NCBI GenBank assembly: GCA_963721455.1
Contig: CAVRJG010000051.1
Location: 54,820-118,819 of the forward strand
Direction: 5' to 3'
DNA: 64,000 nt
DNA from: an uncultured Methanosarcinaceae archaeon
Lineage (GTDB): Archaea; Halobacteriota; Methanosarcinia; Methanosarcinales; Methanosarcinaceae
Position numbers and translations under genes: made by a program. Below the pieces are notes generated by a model, which did not search any database, was not told the origin of the DNA, and was given only the letters and a program-made list of their open reading frames with translations. Of the stretch, positions 1 through 10,120 are shown piece after piece. Each line of letters starts with the position of its first letter. Position 1 is the stretch's first letter.

Positions 1-9
1 GACACAAAA

Positions 10-115
10 AAGAGAGAAAAGTTTGTGAGCGGGTTGGAGAGTTTTGGGGAATAGTTGGGGAAATAGTTGGGGGAATAGTTGGGGGTTATACTATGGAAAA
101 TAGACCCGCTCACTT
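10..115 (-). ncRNA. candidate small RNA, copy A (terminal stem, C-rich repeats)
   Basis: Perfect 10-bp inverted repeat at 25-34/104-113 enclosing CCCCAACTATT-type repeats on the minus strand; TATA-like ATTTATAG at 143-136; T-rich tract downstream; no ORF. Confidence 0.5.
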
Positions 116-289
116 GACATGACTACCTATTCATGCTATAAATAGCTTTTCACTTTATTTTTTATAATTTATAATCGAGGATTTATAATTCAAGGCTCGT
201 CTATTTTGCAGGAAATTATACTTCTTTATGTAGAACTCGATAATTAATGGGCGGAATTAAAACCTAAATAAATATTTCTCTTTTATGAG

Positions 290-371
290 AATGGAATGAG
301 CGGGTTGGGGGTATGAATTGGGTTGTTGGGTTGTTGGGTGTTTATCTAACAAAAGAGAGACTCGCTCACAA
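290..371 (-). ncRNA. candidate small RNA, copy B (paralog of copy A)
   Basis: Same 5' start (GTGAGCGAGTCT) and 3' end (AACCCGCTCA) as copy A, CCCAACAA repeats inside, TATTTATA at 398-391 at near-identical spacing. Confidence 0.45.
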
Positions 372-684
372 GCTAATCATGCTAATCCGATATAAATATA
401 TTTTGTTTAATGTTTATATTCCTCAAAATTACAGCAGGCTTACCTGTAAATGAAATAAATCTAATTGTCCAAAACAAGTAAACTTTATTTCAGTTTTCCT
501 ATTTTTTCCTGTACACAAGATAGTAGACGTGAAGGATATACATCAATTTCACTTCGTGTTAATAATAATAATAATTCCTCAGATAATCTCTTAAGTTCCT
601 CCCCTAACAAAAGAGATATATATAACTAGTGACATTTTGACCCTGCACTTAGAGCAATTCTGCAAATGTAAGCAACGGTAAAAT

Positions 685-761
685 GGGCTCGTGGTCTAGT
701 CGGTTATGACATCGCCTTTACACGGCGGGGATCCTGAGTTCGAATCTCAGCGGGCCCACCA
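685..761 (+). tRNA. tRNA-Val (TAC), CCA encoded
   Basis: Cloverleaf GGGCTCG...CGGGCCC-ACCA, anticodon arm TCGCC-TT-TAC-AC-GGCGG, T-loop GTTCGAATC. Confidence 0.97.
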
Positions 762-1171
762 TATTTTTTTGAGTTAAATTATTTCTAATTTCTATAAATT
801 TCTTAAACAGTATTGGCTCACATATATGCCTCACATATATACTTTTGTGTATCTTTTCAGTTTTTCTCTTATACATTTTTAGTGTGTATTCTTCCTTAAT
901 ACTGATTTTTTTTAAAAAGACTAAGCAAGAGTTGTTTCCAATTTTTTCTCTTATAATTGCCCCTTTTCCCCCGCCGCAACAGGGAATCCATCAGTTATAA
1001 TCATTTTTCTTTATAACTTGACCTTTTATATAATACTGATATTGTTATATAGAAAGGAAAACGATTAAGATTTAGAATCTTTGTTACCTACAAAAAGATA
1101 CGCTTTAATATTTTTAAAGCGTAACTTCATACAAAGATTATTTTCGAATCTACCGTGGGGGAGGAGTCAGT

Positions 1172-1399
1172 ATTAAGAGAAGAAGCAGGACTGATATTGC
1201 AGTAGATATTTTAAGAGTAGCAATGAACGGGGCGAAGAAAACTCATATTGTATATGAGGTAAATCTAAACTTTAATATTGCCCAGAAATACCTGGAAATG
1301 TTGAAAGAGAAAGAGCTTATCAGGCACGAAAATGGGCTTTTTATCACTACCGACAAAGGAAAAGTTTTTCAGGAAATGGCTAAGGAACTCAAACTTTAA
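1172..1399 (+). CDS. small winged helix-turn-helix regulator (75 aa), probable ATT start; absent from the ORF track
   Basis: Manual translation IKRRSRTDIAVDILRVAMNGAKKTHIVYEVNLNFNIAQKYLEMLKEKELI...FITTDKGK..., typical archaeal wHTH; GGAGGAG SD 5 nt upstream of ATT. Confidence 0.8.
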   Translation: MKRRSRTDIAVDILRVAMNGAKKTHIVYEVNLNFNIAQKYLEMLKEKELIRHENGLFITTDKGKVFQEMAKELKL

Positions 1400-1641
1400 G
1401 CGGTTTTTTATCTCTTTTTAATTTTTTATTAAATCTTCCCATTTTTTTCCTTTTTCAGGTTTACTTTTTTTATTTCACTCTAAACCGATTTTTCTTTACT
1501 CCTACTTTTTTCTTTAACATTTCAATTACAAATTCCAGCCAGGATGATCAGAAAGAGCGCCCGGTAAGTAATTCAGTAATAATATTTCTGAATTATCGTG
1601 CGCTCCCGTATATATAAAGGCAGATTGGAAACATATACACT

Positions 1642-2289
1642 ATGGCGATGAAGGTACTTTTTTTGAACGGCACACTGAAAAAATCGCCTCAGGTATCGAA
1701 CACTCGTGCTCTTGTTGACAAGGCGGCGGCTATTTTTAAAGAATTTGGTGTTGAAGGTGAAGTGATAAGGGTTGTAGATTATAATGTAGCTTTCGGAGTT
1801 TCCTCGGATGAAGGAGGAGATGAGTGGCCCCTGATCCTTGAAAAAATAAAAGCCTGTGATATCCTGATAATCGCGTCTCCTATCTGGTTCGGGGTACGTT
1901 CTTCGGTAGCCCAGATGGTTATCGAAAGGCTGGATGGGACATACATGGAGGGGGACCCTCAAACAGGGCAGTATCCCCTTTATGGAAAGGTTGCAGGGGT
2001 CATAGTTACTGGAAATGAAAACGGGACGCACAATGTCGCCAGCACCACACTTTTCAACCTGACTCACCTGGACTGCACCGTACCTCCTAACGTGGATTGT
2101 TACTGGGTTGGTGATGCAGGTTCGGGTCCAAGTTACATAGAAGCTGGAGGAGATAGGCACCTCTATACAAATCGGACAGCCAGATATATGGCACACAACC
2201 TGGTATATTTTGCAAAGCTGTTCAAAGAAAACCCTATCCCTGCCAACTTAAAAAAACTTGATGAGGAGGCAAAGAAGGTAAGCGACTGA
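1642..2289 (+). CDS. flavodoxin-fold NAD(P)H-dependent FMN reductase family protein
   Basis: LNGTLK..SNT, IIASPIWFG, GKVAGVIVTG motifs. Confidence 0.85.
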   Translation: MAMKVLFLNGTLKKSPQVSNTRALVDKAAAIFKEFGVEGEVIRVVDYNVAFGVSSDEGGDEWPLILEKIKACDILIIASPIWFGVRSSVAQMVIERLDGTYMEGDPQTGQYPLYGKVAGVIVTGNENGTHNVASTTLFNLTHLDCTVPPNVDCYWVGDAGSGPSYIEAGGDRHLYTNRTARYMAHNLVYFAKLFKENPIPANLKKLDEEAKKVSD

Positions 2290-2365
2290 TGCTGATCAGC
2301 CTGAAAGCCGCTGATTTTTTCACAAAAGTCCTGAACACTCTTACTGCTGGAAATGGGGGTATTAT

Positions 2366-4660
2366 TTGACTGACAAGGATAAAACAACGATAAAATTGAA
2401 AGTTGCAGAAGCCGATCAACGGGATGTTGGAAAAGGCATCGTCCGGATAGACGAAAGCTTCAGGGAAAAGCTGGGCCTAAATCCCTTTGACGTTGTGGAA
2501 ATCAGGGGGGAGAAACCAACTTCAGCCCTCATAGGGCGGCCTTATCCGAGCGATGAGGGGCTTGATATCATTCGTATGGACGGGCTTATCCGCACGAATG
2601 CAAAGACCAGCATAGGGGAATATGTGGAAATCCGCAAAGCAGAGTGGAAAGAAGCAAAACATGTGACCCTATCTCCCGTAACGAGGGGCATGCAGATCTA
2701 CGCTCCCGGTGAGACTCTGAGTGCGGTCTTCATGAACCGTACGGTTTCAAAAGGAGACTTCATCTCCACCACCAGCTTAAGGAAGTCCAGGGACAGGGAC
2801 ACCTATAGCAAGGAACTCATGTTCGATGACTTTTTCCAGGACTTTTTCGGGCAGGGTTTCGGCCCCTCCTTCGGGCTTGGGGAAATCAAGCTGCAGGTTG
2901 TTTCCACCTCCCCGTCGGGGATCGTAAAGATCACGGACGTGACTGAAATCGAACTCCTTCCCGAAGCCGTGGAAATTGCTCCTGAGCAAAACATTCCCAC
3001 TGTTATGTACGAAGATCTGGGTGGGCTCAAGGATGCCATTACAAAAGTCAGGGAAATGATCGAACTTCCTCTAAAACACCCTGAACTTTTTGACAGGCTA
3101 GGGATTGATGCCCCAAAGGGGGTGTTGCTCCACGGCCCTCCAGGGACGGGCAAGACCCTGCTTGCAAGGGCGGTTGCAAATGAGTCTGATGCCCATTTCA
3201 TCTCCATCAACGGCCCGGAAATAATGTCTAAATATTACGGGGAATCCGAAAAAGCTATCCGTGATATCTTCGATGAGGCCGAAAAGAATGCCCCTGCAAT
3301 TATCTTTCTGGACGAGATCGATTCCATTGCCCCAAAAAGAGCTGAGGTCACAGGGGAGGTCGAGAGAAGAGTGGTCGCCCAGCTCCTTTCCTTGATGGAC
3401 GGCCTGAAAAGCCGCAAGAACGTGATCGTTATAGGTGCAACAAACCGCCCCGAAGCTCTGGACCTGGCACTGCGCCGTCCAGGCCGGTTTGACAGGGAAA
3501 TCGAGCTCCGGGTCCCGGACACCGAAGGCAGGCTAGAAATTTTCCAGATCCATACAAGGGGGATGCCCCTTACCGAGGACGTAGACCTCAGGGACCTCTC
3601 CCAGATTACCTATGGGTTTGTGGGGGCTGACATTGCGGCACTCTGCCGGGAATCCGCTATGAGTGCTCTTCGGCGCATCCTCCCGAAGATCAACCTGAAA
3701 GAACCTCAGATTCCAAAAGAAATCCTGGATTCCCTGCAGGTCACAAGGGCAGACTTCGAAGATGCCATGAAAGAAGTCCAGCCCTCAGCTATCCGGGAAA
3801 TCCTGATCGAGATTCCCGATGTCAGCTGGGACGATGTGGGCGGTCTGGAAAATGTAAAATGCCTCCTGAAAGAAGCCGTGGAATGGCCGCTTAAAAACCC
3901 TGAGTCTTACCGGGACATAGGGGTGGAAGCTCCGAAAGGCGTGCTTTTATATGGTCCCCCTGGTACGGGAAAGACTCTCCTTGCAAAAGCCATTGCCCAT
4001 GAATCCGATGCAAACTTTATCACTGCCAAAGGAAGTGATCTGCTTTCCAAATGGTACGGTGAGTCTGAGAAAAGGATTGCTGAGGTTTTTAAGCGGGCAA
4101 GGCAGGTTGCCCCTGCCATTGTTTTTCTGGACGAACTTGATTCGCTTGCTCCCATTCGAGGGGCCTATGCAGGCGAGCCTCAGGTTACGGCTCGGATACT
4201 TAATCAGCTCCTTTCCGAAATGGATGGGCTCGAAGAACTCCGGGGTGTGGTTGTGATCGGCGCAACCAACCGCCCTGATATCATCGATCCTGCTCTCATC
4301 CGGCCAGGGCGTTTTGATGAGCTTATTCTCGTTCCGATCCCTGATGAAGGAGCTCGAAGGGAAATTTTCAAAGTTCACACCGCGAAAATGGCTCTTGCAG
4401 AGGATGTTGATATTGAAAGTCTCATTTCAATGACAGATCAGTATACAGGTGCAGACATTGCAGCTGTGTGCAAAAAGGCAGGAAGGCATGCCCTGCGTGA
4501 GGATCTTCACGCAAAAAATGTCAAACAGAGGCACTTCCTTAAAGCAATTGCAGAATCGGGTCCTTCAGTTACTCCGGATACTATGAAATATTACGAAGCG
4601 ATAAAAGGTGAGCTCAGGACCAGGAAATCTAAGGAAATAGAGAACCCCTCTTATATCTGA
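2366..4660 (+). CDS. cdc48: CDC48/VCP family AAA+ ATPase
   Basis: N-domain plus two AAA modules (GPPGTGKT x2, FLDE x2, RPGRFD x2). Confidence 0.96.
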   Translation: MTDKDKTTIKLKVAEADQRDVGKGIVRIDESFREKLGLNPFDVVEIRGEKPTSALIGRPYPSDEGLDIIRMDGLIRTNAKTSIGEYVEIRKAEWKEAKHVTLSPVTRGMQIYAPGETLSAVFMNRTVSKGDFISTTSLRKSRDRDTYSKELMFDDFFQDFFGQGFGPSFGLGEIKLQVVSTSPSGIVKITDVTEIELLPEAVEIAPEQNIPTVMYEDLGGLKDAITKVREMIELPLKHPELFDRLGIDAPKGVLLHGPPGTGKTLLARAVANESDAHFISINGPEIMSKYYGESEKAIRDIFDEAEKNAPAIIFLDEIDSIAPKRAEVTGEVERRVVAQLLSLMDGLKSRKNVIVIGATNRPEALDLALRRPGRFDREIELRVPDTEGRLEIFQIHTRGMPLTEDVDLRDLSQITYGFVGADIAALCRESAMSALRRILPKINLKEPQIPKEILDSLQVTRADFEDAMKEVQPSAIREILIEIPDVSWDDVGGLENVKCLLKEAVEWPLKNPESYRDIGVEAPKGVLLYGPPGTGKTLLAKAIAHESDANFITAKGSDLLSKWYGESEKRIAEVFKRARQVAPAIVFLDELDSLAPIRGAYAGEPQVTARILNQLLSEMDGLEELRGVVVIGATNRPDIIDPALIRPGRFDELILVPIPDEGARREIFKVHTAKMALAEDVDIESLISMTDQYTGADIAAVCKKAGRHALREDLHAKNVKQRHFLKAIAESGPSVTPDTMKYYEAIKGELRTRKSKEIENPSYI

Positions 4661-4694
4661 GTAAGGACGGCGGTTTATTTTCCTATAATTTCCG

Positions 4695-4778
<84 letters not shown>

Positions 4779-5011
4779 TTTATTTTTATTTAACTACTTT
4801 TCTTACAAACTTAAACACTTTTATGATACTGTTATTGCATTAACTGATCTTTAAAGTCGACCAATTTTTTTAATTAGACTCTTTCTTACTCACCTATATT
4901 ACAGAGCTTTTCCAATAACGATTATTTGGTTCAGAGACTCATTTAGATATATACTCTATTAATTATGTTAACCAATGATATTAAATATCATAATTACTAT
5001 CGGTAATATAT

Positions 5012-5575
5012 ATGCAGCTTCCAACACCCGAAGATCTTAAAAAAAGAAGAAATGAACTCGGGCTTACCCAGAGCGACCTGGCTAAAAGGGCAGGAGTAAG
5101 CCAGCCCCTCATAGCTCGTATAGAATCAGGAGATGTGGACCCCAGACTTTCTACTGTCCGGAAAATCCTTGATGCTTTTGAGGAAGCTGAAAAGGAACAG
5201 CAGATTATCATAAGGGACCTGATGCATTCCCCTGTTATTCATGTTTCTCTGGATGACTCCCTGGAAGAGGTAGTAAACCTGATGCATGTTCATGGTTTTT
5301 CACAAATTCCTGTGCTTGATGGAGGCATTCCGGTTGGAAGCATTTCGGAAGAAATGATCGTGAAATTGATGGGCGAAAGTAAGAAAAAATCAATTTCCCA
5401 GTTGAAAGTCTCCGGAATAATGGGTGAGTCCTTCCCAACAGTATCTCCCGGCATTTCTATCTCAGTAGTTTCGCATATACTGGAAGGAAATCCTGCCGTA
5501 CTGGTGGTGGAAAAAGGGGCAGTAGTTGGTGTCGTAACAAAACATGATGTTATGAGGCTCCTTCAGAACCAATAA
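5012..5575 (+). CDS. XRE-type HTH regulator with tandem CBS domains (COG3620-like)
   Basis: LTQSDLAKRAGVSQPLIARIESG HTH followed by a CBS pair. Confidence 0.92.
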   Translation: MQLPTPEDLKKRRNELGLTQSDLAKRAGVSQPLIARIESGDVDPRLSTVRKILDAFEEAEKEQQIIIRDLMHSPVIHVSLDDSLEEVVNLMHVHGFSQIPVLDGGIPVGSISEEMIVKLMGESKKKSISQLKVSGIMGESFPTVSPGISISVVSHILEGNPAVLVVEKGAVVGVVTKHDVMRLLQNQ

Positions 5576-5916
5576 CCGGAATCCTTCTTCCTGATAGGGT
5601 GACATCTGAAGCTGAACATGGAAAGCACATCAATTATATACTAGGATTCAATTAAACCTGAACTCTAAATTTGATTTAACGCTTGATCTGTCCAAAGTAA
5701 CTGAATTTAATAAATCCTGTTGAAAAAAGTACCAGGACATAAGAAGGACATAAGAGATACTGTAGAGCCGTTAGGGCACACCGTATCAATACCGATATAA
5801 CTCTGAGTTATTTAAAAACGGTGGGATTTTAAAGCTACAGAATTTAAATAAATTTCCTTAAACATATAAAAAAACAAAAACCTATTAAATATTTCAAAAT
5901 ATGGAGCATAATATAT

Positions 5917-7069
5917 ATGGATCTGGAAGATACCCTTCTCATGATGCCTGGTCCCGTACCTGTTGCACCCAGAGTCCTTAGAGCCATGTCAAAACCGATG
6001 ATCAATCACCGGAGTGCGGAATTTGCCGGAATTTATACCGATTGCAGGGAAATCCTTTCCAGCGTTTTCCAGACAAAGAATGATCTCTTTTTGCTAAGTG
6101 GTTCGGGAACTGCGGGAATGGAAGCTGCTGTCGGGTCTGTGGCTGGAAGCGGGGACAAAGTCATTGCCATAGAAAATGGAAAGTTTGGAGAGCGCTTTAA
6201 AGATATTGCCAGCCCTCTATGCGGAAGTCGTTCCCCTTGTATTCGAATGGGGTCTTCCGATTGACCTTGAAATGGTCAAGGAAAAGCTTGAGGAAGGGGC
6301 AAAAGCCATCACCCTTGTCCACAACGAGACTTCAGCAGGTATTCTTAACCCGGCTGCGGAAATTGGCAAACTTGCCAAAAAGCATGACGCCCTCTTTATT
6401 ATGGACGGCGTGACCTCCCTTGGAGGAGATGACGTCAAAGTCGATGAATGGGGAGTTGACATTGCAATTGTAGGTTCACAGAAGTGCCTTGCAGCCCCTC
6501 CAGGGCTTGCAGTCGTTTCCGTAAGTGAAAAAGCTTTTGAGGCTATGAAGGGTGTCGCAAAAAAGCCTTATTATAACGACCTCATGGCATATAAAAAGAG
6601 TGGGGATAAACCCAGGCCAGAAACACCTTACACTCCTGCAATTCCTCTTTTCTATGCACTTCAGGAAGCTCTGCATATCGTAAAAGAGGAAGGTATGGAG
6701 GCAAGAATTAAAAGGCACAGGATCCTTTCAGAAGCCGTAAGAGCGGCAGTTGCCGAGATGAACATCGAGATGTTCCCGCAGCTTAACGAGTACAGCCATT
6801 ACTCCAATACAATCTCTGCCATGAAAGCTCCTGAAGGCATTGATGGAGAGGATATTAAGAATGATATGAAGAAGCGAGGCGTAATTATCGCAGGTGGGCA
6901 GGAACGCCTCAAGAGCAAGATTTTCAGAATCGGGTGCATGGGAAATGTCACCGCAAGGGACGTGCTCTCAACCATCCAGCAGCTGGAAATCGTACTGAAT
7001 AAACGTGGTTACATTGACAGCCTGGGAGCAGGCACAGAAGCTGCAACCAGGGTTATTGACAGGGCCTGA
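5917..7069 (+). pseudogene. class V PLP aminotransferase (serine-pyruvate/aspartate type), one frameshift near 6210; possibly a sequencing indel
   Basis: MPGPVPV N-terminus in ORF 5917-6264 and HNETSAG, GSQKCLAAPPG in ORF 6176-7069; removing one base at GCCAGCC joins them. Confidence 0.85.
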
Positions 7070-7078
7070 ATGGGATAA

Positions 7079-7615
<537 letters not shown>

Positions 7616-7654
7616 AGCAATTTAAGTAAAAACAACGACTGGAGACCTTATTAG

Positions 7655-8059
7655 ATGACTATCAGCCTAGGATTTGTTGTAGCTGAATTTAACAGGGATC
7701 TGACCTATCAGATGGAACTGCTTGGAAGAGAACACGCAGAGTTCCTGGGGGCAACAGTTAAAGAGACCATTCTCGTTCCAGGGGTCTTTGACATGCCCCT
7801 TGCAATCAAGAAGCTTTGCCAGAGGGATGACATTGATGCCGTGGTTACTATCGGGTCGGTAATCGAAGGTGAGACTGATCATGACCAGGTGGTTATGCAG
7901 CATGCTGCAAGGAAGATCATGGATCTTTCCCTTGAGTTCAATAAGCCTGTAACTCTCGGGATTCCAGGTCCGGGTATGACACGGATGGCGGCTCATGAGC
8001 GTGTGGACTATGCAAAACGGGCAGTTGAAGCTGCAGTAAAGCTGGTGCGGCGGCTGTGA
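7655..8059 (+). CDS. ribH: 6,7-dimethyl-8-ribityllumazine synthase
   Basis: [25 protein letters not shown] motifs. Confidence 0.95.
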   Translation: MTISLGFVVAEFNRDLTYQMELLGREHAEFLGATVKETILVPGVFDMPLAIKKLCQRDDIDAVVTIGSVIEGETDHDQVVMQHAARKIMDLSLEFNKPVTLGIPGPGMTRMAAHERVDYAKRAVEAAVKLVRRL

Positions 8060-8114
8060 ATTCCTGTAATTTCTTAAATAAGCTACCAAAATGTAACAAA
8101 CCAGGACCATCTCT

Positions 8115-9257
8115 ATGACATCCACAAGGCTCAAGCGTGTAGAAGAATCCGCAACGATCAGGATCTCCAACATTGCAACCAGAATGATTAAAGAGGGTAC
8201 AGACGTTATCAATTTCAGCCTTGGTGAACCTGATTTTAATACCCCGAAAAATATCTGCGACGCGGCGGCAAAGGCCATGTATGAGGGAAAAACCCACTAT
8301 GCCCCTTCCGGAGGCGTTCCGGAATTAAGGGCAGCCATTGCCGAAAAATTAAGAACGGAAAACAATCTCGATGTGACTGATTCAGGCGTGCTGGTAACTC
8401 CGGGGGCAAAGCAGGGAATTTTTGAGATAATGATGGGTGTCCTCGATGATGGGGACCAGGCTATTCTGTTTGACCCTTCATGGGTAACTTATGACGCATG
8501 CATCCGGTTTGCAGGAGCAGATACTGTCTGGGTTCCAACAGTGCCTGAAAAAGGTTTCCTGCCTGACAATTTTGCAGATTACATAAACGATAAAACAAAA
8601 CTCATTGTTGTAAATAGTCCGGGAAACCCTACAGGTGGGGTATTCGGAAAAAAGACTTTGCAATGTATTGCCGATCTTGCGATTGACCACGACCTTACAG
8701 TCGTCTCAGATGAAATCTATGAGAAAATTATCTATGACAGGGAGCATATCAGCATCGGCAGTTTTGACGGGATGCAGGAAAGAACCATTACTGTAAATGG
8801 CTTTTCCAAGGCATACGCCATGACAGGCTGGAGACTCGGCTACCTGACTGCTCCTCCTGAAATCTTCAAGCTTCTACTTAAGATTCAGTCCCATTCAGTA
8901 AGCAGTGCGACTACATTTGTTCAGTACGGCGGGCTTGAAGCCCTTCAGGGCCCTCAGGATGGCGTTAAAGCAATGGTGGACCGTTTCAAGGTACGGCGCG
9001 ATGTCCTCATCGATGGCCTTAACAAAATGGGCATCGAATGCAAAAAACCAGATGGAGCTTTTTATGCCTTTGCTAATGTCAGTGAGTATGGAAATGGCAC
9101 GGAGGTTGCAGAAAGGCTCCTGAAAGAAGCTCAGGTAGCAGTTACGCCTGGAATCGCTTTTGGTGCGTCTGGCGAGGATTTTATCAGAATTTCCTATGCG
9201 ACGTCAATTGACAGAATCAGGGAAGCCCTTGAAAGACTTGAAATAATATTTGCATAA
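8115..9257 (+). CDS. class I PLP-dependent (aspartate) aminotransferase
   Basis: GEPDF, NSPGNPTG, SDEIY, FSKAYAMTGWRLG. Confidence 0.93.
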   Translation: MTSTRLKRVEESATIRISNIATRMIKEGTDVINFSLGEPDFNTPKNICDAAAKAMYEGKTHYAPSGGVPELRAAIAEKLRTENNLDVTDSGVLVTPGAKQGIFEIMMGVLDDGDQAILFDPSWVTYDACIRFAGADTVWVPTVPEKGFLPDNFADYINDKTKLIVVNSPGNPTGGVFGKKTLQCIADLAIDHDLTVVSDEIYEKIIYDREHISIGSFDGMQERTITVNGFSKAYAMTGWRLGYLTAPPEIFKLLLKIQSHSVSSATTFVQYGGLEALQGPQDGVKAMVDRFKVRRDVLIDGLNKMGIECKKPDGAFYAFANVSEYGNGTEVAERLLKEAQVAVTPGIAFGASGEDFIRISYATSIDRIREALERLEIIFA

Positions 9258-9337
9258 ATTAAATGCAGCAAATAACCTTTCTAAAAAGGGGTAAGAATAA
9301 CAGGTATTGATTGAATACAGCAACGGTAGGGGTATGT

Positions 9338-9757
9338 TTATCCGTACCGTTTAAGTACCTCTTTTATGATTGCACCTGTACTGCAGAGGGGGCATTCCTT
9401 TGAAAGCGGAATCCTTATCACTTTTGCTGGAAGCCCTCTTTTTGTAAGTTCTTTTTCCAGAAGATCGGTGTCGAAGCGCTGGTCATAGCCCAGAGTAATG
9501 ATATCCGGCCTGATCTGCTTCAGGGGTTCAAACATATCTTTTTCGCTACCAAGGAACGCTTTATCGACCACGCCGAGTGCAGTTACCATTTCCAGCCGCT
9601 GCTCCTCGGGCACAATAGGCTTTGGCTTGTGAGTTACGTTTGAATCCCTGGCAACAATGACGAAAAGTTCGTCTCCCAGAGCCCTTGCCTGGGTCAGGAA
9701 ATAAACATGTCCGGGGTGGAGAATATCAAAAGTCCCGGTAGCAAGTACACGTGTCAA
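9338..9757 (-). CDS. ribL: archaeal FAD synthase (cytidylyltransferase fold)
   Basis: ATGTFDILHPGH, LGYDQ, C-terminal CPLCST; rib cluster context; TTG start after GGTGA. Confidence 0.9.
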   Translation of the reverse strand: MTRVLATGTFDILHPGHVYFLTQARALGDELFVIVARDSNVTHKPKPIVPEEQRLEMVTALGVVDKAFLGSEKDMFEPLKQIRPDIITLGYDQRFDTDLLEKELTKRGLPAKVIRIPLSKECPLCSTGAIIKEVLKRYG

Positions 9758-10120
9758 CAGATCACCTGGTCTCGGGTAATATCCTGCAAGCATAAGAAAC
9801 TTACTGAAAATAACCCTGTCCCCTGCCTCATAAGAACTCTGCGTTGTTCAAACTATATACTGTATGGACTTTTACAATCTATTTATAGCCAGCTATTATA
9901 ATGATGGAATTTCAATTATCGCAAGTAATATATATGGCTCACAAATATGATTATTGTTCATCGAACTAAGGATGCGAACCGGGAAGTCGGTAAATAAATC
10001 AAATGCGGACACAGCTTTTCGCTTCTTCTGGCAGGGCTGTTACCTTTTACATTATCACAAGTAATATATAATTCTAATAAATATTACGATCTAAATAAAC
10101 TTATAAAAAGAGGAAACCCA

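Noticed and set aside
1-400. G-string repeats as a CRISPR array or replication-origin ORB boxes
   Set aside because: Units are 8-12 bp with no unique spacers; no TTCCAGTGGAA-type ORB core and no cdc6 or cas gene in view.
6190-6230. Programmed ribosomal frameshift in the aminotransferase (and in thi4)
   Set aside because: No slippery heptamer or stimulatory structure; scattered indels elsewhere point to error or decay.
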